Of a stretch of 39,602 bases of DNA, positions 23,271-33,899 are shown piece by piece. The position numbers and the translations under genes were made by a program. The first letter of the stretch is position 1. Every line of letters begins with the position of its first letter. The notes below the pieces were generated by a model. That model was not told the DNA's origin, did not search any database, and saw nothing but the letters and a program-made list of their open reading frames with translations. Source of the DNA: Mesotaenium endlicherianum (Eukaryota); the NCBI GenBank assembly GCA_009602735.1, contig WELA01001243.1, positions 186,445-226,046 of the forward strand, given 5' to 3'.

Positions 23271-23306
23271 TGTTGTCGAGGCGACAACAAGTTAAGTTGG
23301 AGGGAT
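23271..23306 (+). promoter_or_regulatory. Terminal hairpin + PPT of element A
   Basis: TGTTGTCG-AGG-CGACAACA (23271-23289) then AAGTTGGAGGGAT (23294-23306) abutting LTR TGTA. Confidence 0.88.
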
Positions 23307-24025
23307 TGTAATGAATCAGTATATTAGTGGATATAATATTCATTTAAATATAATAGTTAATTAAGTTCAGCCTGCTGAACTTTAGTTAATAATCAGTCTG
23401 CTGGACTTTACATAATTATCAGTTTAATGACTCGGCCGAAAGCAGCAGGCTGAAGTCAACTTAAGTCAGCTTGCTGACACATTCTTTGACAGCCAGCTGA
23501 CTTCCGTACTCGGTAGCAGCGAACTGCCTTGATATGCATCTAAGTGCGATATGCTAGATGAATGGCCAGATGACATCCCTATGATGGATGGCTATTCGGG
23601 ATGATGGGAGATGGCGGTGGATTTGGTTAACCGAGGTCCTACCAACGTGGTTAACTCCCGGGTAGGCGGTGCCATCGCACTGACCGTTGAACAGTAAACT
23701 CATTCCATGTACATATGCTAGGCATTGCTCTCGAGTTCGGCATTCGGAAACGAGGCCAACTCTCTTGTACAGCTTACTGAGAGAGATCTGAATCCAAGGC
23801 GAGAAGCCATTGATACGCACTGTCTTCTAACCTTGCTTATGTATGAGTTTACTGATTTGCATTATTGATGCTAGTTTACTCTCATTTGACTGACGAGTAG
23901 TATTCCCTGCTAGTGTATTGTCCTTTGCCGTTTAACGAGTTAACGGAAATACCATAAAGATTACTTGCTGATATAAAGATTTTTATTAATTGTTAATCGC
24001 CTATTTGGTAAGTCGATTCATTTCA
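23307..24025 (+). repeat. 3' LTR of element A (719 bp)
   Basis: Direct repeat of 15180-15951, followed by TSD AAGCT. Confidence 0.95.
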
Positions 24026-24030
24026 AAGCT

Positions 24031-25213
24031 AGTCCTTGATTCTCGGTAAAGCATACTTGTTCTTTACCGTACTTCTGTTCAGGGCTCTGTAATCCGCACA
24101 CATCCGCATACTGCCATCCTTTTTCCTAACAAATAGGATGGATGCGCCGTAAGGTGATTTACTGAGAGAAATATAACCATTTTCCTCAAGCTCTGCAATC
24201 TGTGTTTTCAACTCCTCGCTCTCCACATAAGACAAGCCATAAGTGCGTTGCCAGGGTGGCTGACTACCAGGTAATTAATCAATCCTATGATCTACTTCCC
24301 GCTTAGGGGGTAGTCCTGGAGGCATATTAAATACATCCGTGTATCGAGCAACAATTTTCGCAGCAGTAGGGTGCTCCGGAGGGCTTACCTTTTTCTCCAC
24401 CACTTCTTCAGGTTGAGGAGGTACCTCTCTTAGCAGCAGACATACTATTCTGTCTTCCTTCTGGTTCCAGCTAATGACGAACTCCATTGCATTCAGCAAC
24501 TTGCATCCTTCTGGAAGCCTCTTGTTTTCCTTCATTTGCCATCCACACAGGACAAGAGGAAGAGCACTGGTGGGTGCCAAGTCAGTCTGCCCATCACTGG
24601 CTCCTCTCACTTTAACTGTACCTCTGCTCCAACACACTTCAGCTTGATGTCTATTAAGCCAGGACCTGCCTAGCACGAGATCATAAAAGCCAGTGTTGAG
24701 TACCTCAAATGTAAGCGTTTCAGTTAGAACTGCAATGCCAGAACCTAACTGGACCTCAATAGGCTTGGTTATAACTCCTCCCGGGATACTTGAGGCATCT
24801 CCAAGGAATATTTTTCTATTCCCTTGGGTGACAGTAGGCAGCCTTAGCCGCTTAACTAAGTCCCTGTGGATAAAAGTATGTGACAACCCTCCGTCCACAA
24901 ATTCCCTCACCTTCCTACCTGCAATCATGCAATGCAGTAGGATAGGGGGGACTGTCTTTTCCTGACTTTCGCATTGTTCTCCTGACGTAGCAAAGAAATG
25001 TTGGACATCAGGTGGAACAAGAGCATCCAGAGTGTGCACTCTCTGGATGTCTATATTGCTGATGGTCTCCTTTATCTGGTTGTCAGGCATGCATGGTGAA
25101 TCCAGTTCAGCAGGACCCATAACACCTGATACGAGGGCAGCTAGTGACGACTCACTATCTCTAGCATCCTCACAGTTAGTAGATTGGATTATTGACTATT
25201 GCTGTCTTTTAAA
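24031..25213 (-). pseudogene. pol: Element B pol, 5' part (protease and RT N-terminus)
   Basis: ORFs 24275-25120 and 24029-24235 match element A pol; YALPRIKD continues across element A into LDTLFGAK; premature stops. Confidence 0.92.
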
Positions 25214-26585
25214 GGCTGGTCTTTTCCCTCGACTTTTGGGAGGTGCTTGTCTGGACACTGCTCTTTGAAGTGACCTGGCTGCTGGCAATGGAAGCAAATC
25301 GATTTTGCTGAGGCTGGTCTCGGCTTAGTCCTACCACCACCTCTTCCATAGCCGCCTCGAGGAAAACCACCTCTACCTCTAGACTGTATGGCATTATACT
25401 CATGCTCATACCCATCACCCTGATCATCCTCAACCTGGTCTCCTTCAATTGCATCGTAGGAAACGTGGGGCTTTTTGACAATCTTAGACACCAAAGCATT
25501 ATTCTGGCGCTTGTGATTGAACTGCTCTTGATCCCAGGCGTCAGCATCCTGGATCAAGTCAGCCAGTTTCTCATACTTTTTCACAGCGAAATGACCAGAG
25601 ACTTCGGATTTCAAGCCATACCTGAAGTATGCTATCCTATACCGTTCTGGCAAGTCATCGCATTGATAGCTTTCTCCTGCTGGTTGATGACATCAAGCTT
25701 CTCATGCAACTTCTCGACAAACTCTACCCACGTAGGGTCACCGAGTTGCCGAGCCTTACGCTCTTCCTTCCAGTAAAGCCACCAGTCTACGGCACTGCCT
25801 TTCAGTAGCGCACCGGTGTGCTTGACCTTCTCGTAATCTTGCAGTTCTGGGTAGTTCTCCAGCCACTGCTCAACATCCGCGAGAAACTTGATCAGGTAAT
25901 ATTTTCTGTTTCCCTCAGGATCATAGTCCTGGGGAGGTTTCGGCTTGGGCTTACTAGGCCCTCGGCCACCACCACTAGTGGTTTGAGATCCCAGTTGGTC
26001 TCTGTCCCGCAGTAGGGACATTATGATTCTTTGGTCCTCTCGTTGGGACTGATACATGGTCGCCATTTGCGACTGCATTTGAACGAACAATGCTCCGAAG
26101 TCTACACTCTGGGGTGGTAGTCTAGCAAATGCAGCAGCAGCATTGGCATCTACTCGCTGAGTAGTGTCCTCAACAGTCCCTCTCGCTCCTGCAGCAGCAA
26201 TTCCTGCCGCATTCAGCCGGTCACGTATTTGACCTAGGGGTACATTGAGTTGTACAGCTGGAGGTGGGTTCAGAACATTGGCCCTTGTTGCCATAAGTTC
26301 TTCAACAGTGCGCTCGTCAGCTGGCTGTCCTTCCCTCCTTTCTGTATCTTCAGCAGCCTTTGCTAATTTTTCAGCTAATTTGGCTCTCTCCTCCTCAGCT
26401 TGCTGTGCTACGACTGCGGCAATAGCAGCTGCCTCATCTGCAGCCTCTCTAGCTGCAGTATTTGCCACTGCTTCAGAATAGGTACGGGTTCCCGCTACAT
26501 GGCTTTCCGCCTAGTTTTCGACATTCTCGTTATCCTGGTTCTCCATGTCTCGGGAGTTGCTAGTTTGAGACCTTGTCCTTACCAT
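25189..26585 (-). pseudogene. gag: Element B gag, broken by an ~79-bp frameshifting deletion near 25655
   Basis: ORFs 25632-26468 and 25189-25653 match element A gag; segment equivalent to ~16920-16999 is missing, with short TGA microhomology. Confidence 0.92.
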
Positions 26586-26606
26586 ACAATGAAGACTGTG
26601 ATAACT

Positions 26607-26618
26607 GCTCCGATACCA
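26607..26618 (-). promoter_or_regulatory. PBS of element B (tRNA-iMet type)
   Basis: GCTCCGATACCA on + strand = TGGTATCGGAGC. Confidence 0.9.
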
Positions 26619-26619
26619 C

Positions 26620-27367
26620 TGAAATGAATCGACTTACCAAATAGGCGATTAACAATTAATAAAAATCTTTGTATCAGCAAGTAATCTTTACGGATTTTTC
26701 GTTAACTGATTAAACGGCAAAAGAACAATACACTAGCAGTGAATAATACTCGTAAGTCATATGCGAGTAGACCAGCATCAATCATGCAATCAATAAATTC
26801 ATACATAAGCAAGGTTAGAAGACAGTGCGTATCAATGGCTTCTCGCCTTGGATTCAGATCTCTCTCAGTAAGCTGTACAAGAGAGTTGGCCTCGTTTCCG
26901 AATGCCAAACTCGAGAGCAATGCCTAGCATATGTACATGGAATGAGTTTACTGTTCAACGGCCAGTGCGATGGCATTGCCTACCCGAGAGTTAACCACGT
27001 TGGTAGGACCTCGATTAACCAAATCCACCGCCATCTCCCATCATCCCGAATCGCCATCTATCATACGGATGTCATCTGGCCATTCATCTAGCATACCACA
27101 CTTACATGCATATCGAGGCAGTCGCTGCTACCGAGTACGGAAGTCAGCTGGCTGTCAAAGAATGTGNCAGCAAGCTGACTTAAGCTGACTTCAGCCTGCT
27201 GCTTTGGGCTGAGTCATTAAACTGATATTAAATATAAAGTCCAGCAGACTGATTATTAACTAGAGTTCAGCAGGCTGAACTTATTTAACTAGNGTTCAGC
27301 AGGCTGAACTTATTTGACTGTTATATTTAAATGAATATTATATCAACCAGTATACTGATTCATTACA
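26620..27367 (-). repeat. 5' LTR of element B (748 bp; one extra 29-bp U3 repeat; two N bases)
   Basis: Direct repeat of 9742-10460; ends CTGATTCATTACA on + strand. Confidence 0.93.
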
Positions 27368-29145
27368 CTTAGTGGTTGTATCGGGTCGACGTTGGAGCCG
27401 TGTGCCTGATTGCCTCGCACCATGGTTTCTTGATGTGTCTCTATAACAGCTTAGGACGACTTTGTCGACCCGCAAAAAAACTTGAGAGGCAGTTCAATCG
27501 CTATAAGAGACTTGCTGAGTGCCTTATATAAAGTTTTGAGAGGAAACAAACCACAAGTTGGGCTTCCACCTTTAACTTAAGGTGATGATTATCAGCACAA
27601 CATATAGCACAATATAGTGTCGTGCCTAACCACGTCGAGATCGGGGCACGTGTGTTGATCTCCAACACGTGCGCCATTGGCCTGGTCGACTTGTCGGTGC
27701 ACCTTCGCACGTGGGTTGTCAAACTGGTCAATCACCAAGGATCGATTTCCGCACGTGTGTCGCTGGTTGGTTGCATGAGGGTAACCATCTATTGGTCATC
27801 CTGCACTAGCACAAGCTAGTTTGGGGGTAGAGTCTCTTAGAGTTTTCCACACCAAGTGTTATCTCCTAGTTCCTGTTTTTGGACTTCGCAATTCTTGCAG
27901 AAAGTTTTTTACTACTTAATTTTCTGGACACAGTATGACACAAGTGTCTACATTTTGATACGCTTTTGCCCAAGCTAAAGGATGTTGACCATAATTCACT
28001 TTGCAGAAAGCACGTCAAACAGGTTAAACAAGAAACTTCAGAATTCAGAGTAAATTGTCCACTAGGGTTTTGCTTAACTTTCAAAAGCCACAGCTTACAA
28101 AAATCTGAATCTTACAGCACCTATGTCAATTTGATTAAGTCTTTTGCTCCTAGCCACACGCCTGCCAATTCTTTGTTGCATGCTGAACTTTCTCTTTTTT
28201 TTAATGAGGGTTACTCTTGCTAATCCTACTCTGTCATGTCCATTGTTGTCGAGTTCCTTTGGTGTCAAGATGTAGTAACAGAGGGTGGAGAGTGAATGAC
28301 AGTTCGTAGTGGTTGGTTGGGTTAGAGTGGTAGATGAGGATGGTTAAGTCCATGTAGAGTGGTGGTGAACAATGAAATCCATGATCCGCTCATGAGGATC
28401 TGCTGTTCAGCAGCTGTGAGGCTCTCGCATCACGCGCACTATCCTCACCTCCACACGTGGTGCCGCCGCCCACACGTGTGGAGGTTAACCTTCAAGTTTG
28501 CTTGCCTTAAGGATTGGCTCGGGTACCCTGTGGGGTCCCCCACGGACTATTGCTAAGTCGTCACGTATAGTAGACAATCTCGACGATTATGCCCCCGGGA
28601 TTGTTAGGGGATAGGGAGAGTAAGGGGTGAAGGGGAGGCGAATTAACGTTGACTTGAGACGTTGGAGTTCGTCCGTCCGTAGGTACGATTTGTGTGTACA
28701 GTAACGCGGTGACGCGTTATCCGTGTTAGGTAGCTCTTTTTTTTCTTCGTAGGCACTGGGCATAGGTTGTGACTCGTAAGGGCACGCTACTTAGGCCAAA
28801 AGCTAACTCCATTATGGCGTTACTTTTGTGTGTTTGTTGTACATGCTTTGAGTTGCTGATCTTTTTTACTACGTGACTTATTGATTGCTCTGCTGGTTAT
28901 GCGTCAATGTTTGCCTCTCTTCGCTAGTAGGCCGCTTGTATTGCACTCCATTGAAGCATATTAAGAATGGATTGTATGCACTCTGGCTTGGCCATGACAC
29001 AAGCTAATCGCTCACGTATTCCTCCGCGCTCCTAGAGTTAAATCCCGCATACATAGTAAACGCAAATACTAGTCCGCCCCAGCTCATCACATACAAAAGC
29101 TAACTTTGCATACTACCCGGGTTAGAAGCTAGGAGCGGGTAGAAT

Positions 29146-29620
29146 TGTAACGATCCGCCGCGTGGCCGGATGCGGCGAATGCGACACGTCGCGGATGCGA
29201 CCGAAAGCTTCGATTTAAATTGTATAAGTACAATTGGTGCACGATCAAAGTACCTCAAATTACCTTTTCGTTCGTATCGCTACATTGGTACCGGAGCGCA
29301 AACGTATGCAATCTTGTCCAAGAGACGAGGGTTCAAATCCCGCAGGGTGAAAAACTCGTCGATGGTACGACCGTACGGCGATCTTTGGATTGTACGAAGA
29401 AAGGACACTATCCCGAAACAACGTCCCTCGCGCCGCCGGGGCTTGAGTGCCCGGGACGTGCACACTTGTGGGTGGGAGGATCGTAAAGATCCGCCGCGTG
29501 GCCGGATGCGGCGCGTGCGACACGTCGCGGATGCGACCGGAAGTATTGGTTTGAATTGTATAAGTGCAATTGGCGAGCGATCAAAATACCTCGACTTACC
29601 TTTTTGTTCGTATCGCTACA
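29146..29620 (+). mobile_element. TRIM (terminal-repeat retrotransposon in miniature), 475 bp
   Basis: 139-bp direct repeats 29146-29284 and 29482-29620 (TGTAACGAT...ATCGCTACA), PBS-like TGGTACCGGAGC 29286-29297, hairpin then PPT GGGTGGGAGGA before the second repeat; flanks AGAAT/AGTAC. Confidence 0.85.
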
Positions 29621-31646
29621 AGTACTACCCGCGGAGCAGATCCCATGAGGGAATCCCACGGGGGTTTGTTGCTTGATTGCCTCTTTGTTCACTCTGAGAC
29701 CGGTCTAGTAGGGAAACGGCGAAACGTCATGACCGGAGACGAGCGGAGAAATACCATTTCTCCGCTCGGGCCTGTTTTGCTGTGTTTTTTTGCCTTCAAT
29801 GGACCCCCCCGCTTGCTTCTTGAAAGCGGAGACGTTACAATGCATCTACGGCATTAAAGGGCTAACTAGAGCATACTATTCAAAAATTACATGCATCTAC
29901 GACATTGCAGGGCCAATCACAGCACACTTTGAAATGCAATCAAAAAAAAGCTGTAACCAATCAGAAGACACCAGTTTGAGCGCTAACTTTAAGAGTCAAG
30001 CCGTCTGCCAAGAGTTTCTGACAGCGAAAACCCATTGACTTCCAACAACAAAAAATGTCGTTGTCACTTATCGGCGATCTGACACATAGAATCCGAATTT
30101 GACTTCATTTGATTAGCGGCTCCGACCGCGTCATGATGCAGCCACGATAAAGCGGCGAACTTTTTGACACGTGGACAAAAGAGAACATAGCATGTTTGGA
30201 CAAAAACGTATCATGGCGACATGCCAAGTTTTACCAGCAAGAGGCCAAAACCTCGAGGCCTTAACCCCCACAGAGGTTGAATTCTTCGTCAGGCTTAAAC
30301 CCCAGAGGGTCTAGCCATGAGAGGCAAAGCCCTTAGCTTAGTAGTCGCTTGGAGGCGCTGCAGATAGAAAGTTATAAAATTTTGGTAGCGCCCGTGCGAT
30401 AGTCGTTGTGGAAAAGAGCTTGCTACGACACTTCTTTATGCTTTAATGAGCGCAATACGATTGGCCAAACTAGGCACACGACCCTGTGAGGGCCACCCCC
30501 GCCACCCAGATTGAGCCAAGGAACCTCGACGGCTAAGGAAACAACCTCGCCACCCTTTTACAACATTCGTGGCCCATGTAGCCCGCTGACAATTGGGTGG
30601 GAAACGAGGAGCTCCGTGGGCATCCGGACTTATCCGGTCGAGCCTGTCAGTGCCATACCCGCCGCCTGTCCAGGACCCACGTGACCTGTCAGGGCCGCAG
30701 CGGGCTCCTTCCAGCCCGGACCAATCACACAAAAGCAAGAGCAGGCCAACCTTTGCAACCGGCGACTTTGGCCCACTTTGGCCCGTCGCCCGTCGCCTTT
30801 TTAACGATTGTTGACAGAGGAACCGGCAACCACCGGCAACGGGGTGCAGGCGTGTCAGGCCACCCCCGCCACCCGGCTACTTTTGCAAATGAACTTCACT
30901 TGACTTCGTTTTTGCAAATTTGTTTTGGACTTTTGTTACAAACTCGTCCTTGAGAACGTTATTGGCACACTCAAACTTAACGTCGGCCAATCAGAAGATA
31001 GTATCCGTGACCATTTCAAGCAATAGTTACGCTTCTCATACTTAGCCGAAATTGCATGGTAGACATTGCACGCGACGATGAACATTTCTACGCTTCAAAG
31101 ATGGAGATCAGACGGTGATCGTTCCCATGCACTTTCTTCGGCATTTAGCGTAGAAAATCCCAGTAAACACCATCTTCGCCTGCCATGGAGGGGTCATGTT
31201 CTCCACTTTGCATGGCTTAGCGTTGAAAAAATCCAAACGGAGATGGTCGGGGATCGACACCCGGGGCGTTCTTTGCCGTTTCGGTCCAAATCGGTCTTAG
31301 AGTGTATACTTGTATAAGGTAGGAGCAATCCGGGAGACGGCAGCCACAGTAGGTCATTGCAACTACTGCAAGTGCTGTTAAGACTTGCAGCTGCTGCAAG
31401 AGCTGTTAAACCGTTCAATGGGGTCCACGTCCACGCCGCTGTAGCTGCCACAACCGCTGCAATTTCTTCAACCGCATTTGTTGCTTCCGGATTGACAGAC
31501 GCTGGCATTACTCCCACAACCGGCAGCTGCTGCAAGTCATCTTGGAAGAACAGTGGCGGAGCAAGACGCGGAGTCCAGCACAGCAGGTCCGATAATGTCG
31601 AGCTACTTCCACGCGTAGTGGATCTCTACTTTCTGCCCTTGTGTAG

Positions 31647-32839
31647 TGAAATAAATCGACTTACCAATATGAGAGGGGGATGCTGGCTGACCTCTGGCTG
31701 CCTTCTTGGCAGCCCTTCTGTCAGCTCTGTCTGATTGAGTCTCACCTCCTGGAATGGGACTCCTCCTAATAAAACTCCCCAGCCACTGGAGATCTGGGTC
31801 TCTTGGTGGGCTAGTATCCCCAAGCTGCTGCAGGGCTGCATGTGCAAAGGCCCTTCCAGTGGGGGATGTAGCGGGGGTTTGTGCCTCAACAGGACTAGAC
31901 TCCTCTCCGGCGCCTTCCTCTTCTTTGTCCTCCTGTTCCTCTGAGACTTCTGGAGTCTCTTTGGTCATCTCCTCCACCCGTTCCCGAGAAAAAGAGTATC
32001 CCACTGACCTCCCCCTTTTGGGTGCAAGTGGGGGTTGGTGGGTCCTGACCGCATACAGGTCTTTCTCCCCTTGCTTACTAGCCCATTTGGCATAAGCATG
32101 CTTCCCCTTAAAACAAGAATCTCTAGCCCTGGTCCTATCCTCCTGTGTCTCCTGACTCATGCAGTCCCTGACTCCATCCAGTTGTGGATCCCATGCTGCA
32201 ATGTGAGGTGGCAACACTATCTTACCCTGCAAATCTGCCAGGAAATCGTCTTCCTCAGCTCTGTCACTATGCTAGTCCTTCATGGTGATGGTCATCCAGC
32301 GCCAATCAGTGGGCTGTAGAACAAAAGCAGGATCCGTCCTCTTCAAAGTACAGGGGTACCAGTGACCTGAGAAATCCAGCTGGCTGGACTCCCTTGCCAG
32401 AACTCCCAGCTTCTTCTCTCCACCTCGTTATACATGGCCTTGAACCAATTGTGGGAAGTGGCATCCTTGAAGATGTCTGTATGCATAGAGATCAACCTGA
32501 TGACCCTGTTTGTGTCCCAAATCCCAGGTATTGGCACCGTTTCAGATTCACCTATCTGGGCCAATGCTTTGGCCTCCCGGATCGTATACACCACCATCCT
32601 GGCATAGTCATGGTACAGTAGAAGCCCCGTGCTGACTTCTATGTACTTGTCAAAACCTTGGGCTATCTCCCCTTCCCGCTGCAGTATGTCCCTCTGTGAT
32701 TCACTTCGGTTCCTCTGGGCGTACTTGAAGGCCTCCTCCAAAAGATCAAAGCCCTTTCCCATCACCGTGTAGCGGTAGCTTTTGATTCTCCTATGTTCCT
32801 CCTCTGCCTGCTGCTTCTGTCTCTCCTCAGCAAACCTTT
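31647..32839 (-). pseudogene. Remnant D: third ORF3 copy (B-like), fused to the last ~21 nt of a family LTR and cut by element C
   Basis: ORFs 32343-32765 and 31603-32232 closely match element B ORF3; TGAAATAAATCGACTTACCAA at 31647-31667 equals the LTR terminus. Confidence 0.85.
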
Positions 32840-33759
32840 TGTAACGTTTTTTCTTTTCAAGAGTATCTTTCCCCGGTATTCAAGGAATATTTAATTGAAG
32901 TGGAAAGAAAATCTATATACTTGTGCGAATTGACGAATACTTGAAATAGCGAAAATGAAAACTAATGTAGAATGTGTGCTTGTGAGAGTTGCACTCACAA
33001 TGACTCTTGCGAGTATTTATACTTGCAAATCGTGAGGCACTGGAGTGCTTCGAGTCACCACCTAGGATACTGGTTCATGTTCAACGAAAACGGTCAAAGG
33101 GGTACGACCCATTCGGCCGAATGCTCGAAACGCACCGTTTGGAAATTTGCAGACTTTTCGACGGTTTCCAGAAAACCGTTTCACGCCAAACGGGCGTTTT
33201 CGCGTTCGCGCGACTGTTGAAAAGTCGCGACTGTTCGTGGAGTCGCGTACACATGCGTTCGTCATGAATCGGGAGTTATAAATAATTACTTCTCCAATTG
33301 ATTAGGTGTGAACGTTTCAAACGACGAGTCGCGGGTTCGAATCCGCTCGGATGCAAAGTCGCTTTGCATATTATGTGTCGTTTGACTTTTACGACTGTTT
33401 CTTCGTATTAACGACTGGTCGTAAATGCGAAATCTATGACTGTGCATTATCCGAAACAATGACAATCATACCAACTTAACCAATCCGAGATTTATTAAGT
33501 TATCATCTCATACTCAATCAAAGTAACTTTATGAATAATTATGTTGTAATTTTGCGAAGTGGTTGAGTTACGTTACGACGCTTTTTGCAATAGTATCTCG
33601 GTCGTTTCGCCAATCGACCAGGAATTAATCGGCACACGCGTGTGGCAAATAATAGAATATGATGCAATCATTTATCAAATAGTATGATAAATAGTAAAAC
33701 GTACTCTAGGTAATTGGGAAAACGTCCCAAGTACGCCTAAAATAGCTTGGATCATTACA
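32840..33759 (-). repeat. Putative 3' LTR of element C (920 bp)
   Basis: Starts TGTAATGATCC right after PPT (minus), ends CGTTACA exactly where ORF3 homology of D begins; partner LTR absent. Confidence 0.72.
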
Positions 33760-33899
33760 CTCCTCCCCACTTAAAAGAACTTAACGTCCTCGTTAAGCGT
33801 ACGTCTTTTATGTCTGAAAGTGTCAATACTAGCATTGACTAGCGGAAAACATTGGTGAGCGATTGGACTATGCATCATCACAGTGACGGAAAAGAGCGG

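Larger units (their letters stand above)
15180..24025 (+). mobile_element. Element A: structurally intact 8846-bp Ty3/Gypsy chromovirus with extra ORF3
   Basis: LTRs 15180-15951 and 23307-24025, perfect TSD AAGCT (15175-15179, 24026-24030), PBS, PPT, open gag, pol and ORF3. Confidence 0.97.
9742..27367 (-). mobile_element. Element B: degenerate Ty3/Gypsy chromovirus with ORF3, interrupted by element A
   Basis: Two LTRs with TG...CA ends, PBS, PPT, gag-pol-ORF3 order on minus strand; flanking 5-mers CTTGG (9737-9741) and CTTAG (27368-27372) as TSD with one mismatch. Confidence 0.93.

Noticed and set aside
28521..29665. Weak inverted similarity between 28525-28546 and 29641-29664 as TIRs of a DNA transposon
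   Set aside because: Short, several mismatches, no TSD identified.
30436..31600. GC-rich short ORFs and a GGCCACCCCCGCCACCC repeat
   Set aside because: No recognisable domain, termini or splice structure; cannot be assigned.
33285..33356. A functional tRNA gene
   Set aside because: Acceptor and anticodon stems do not pair convincingly; kept only as a B-box-like finding.
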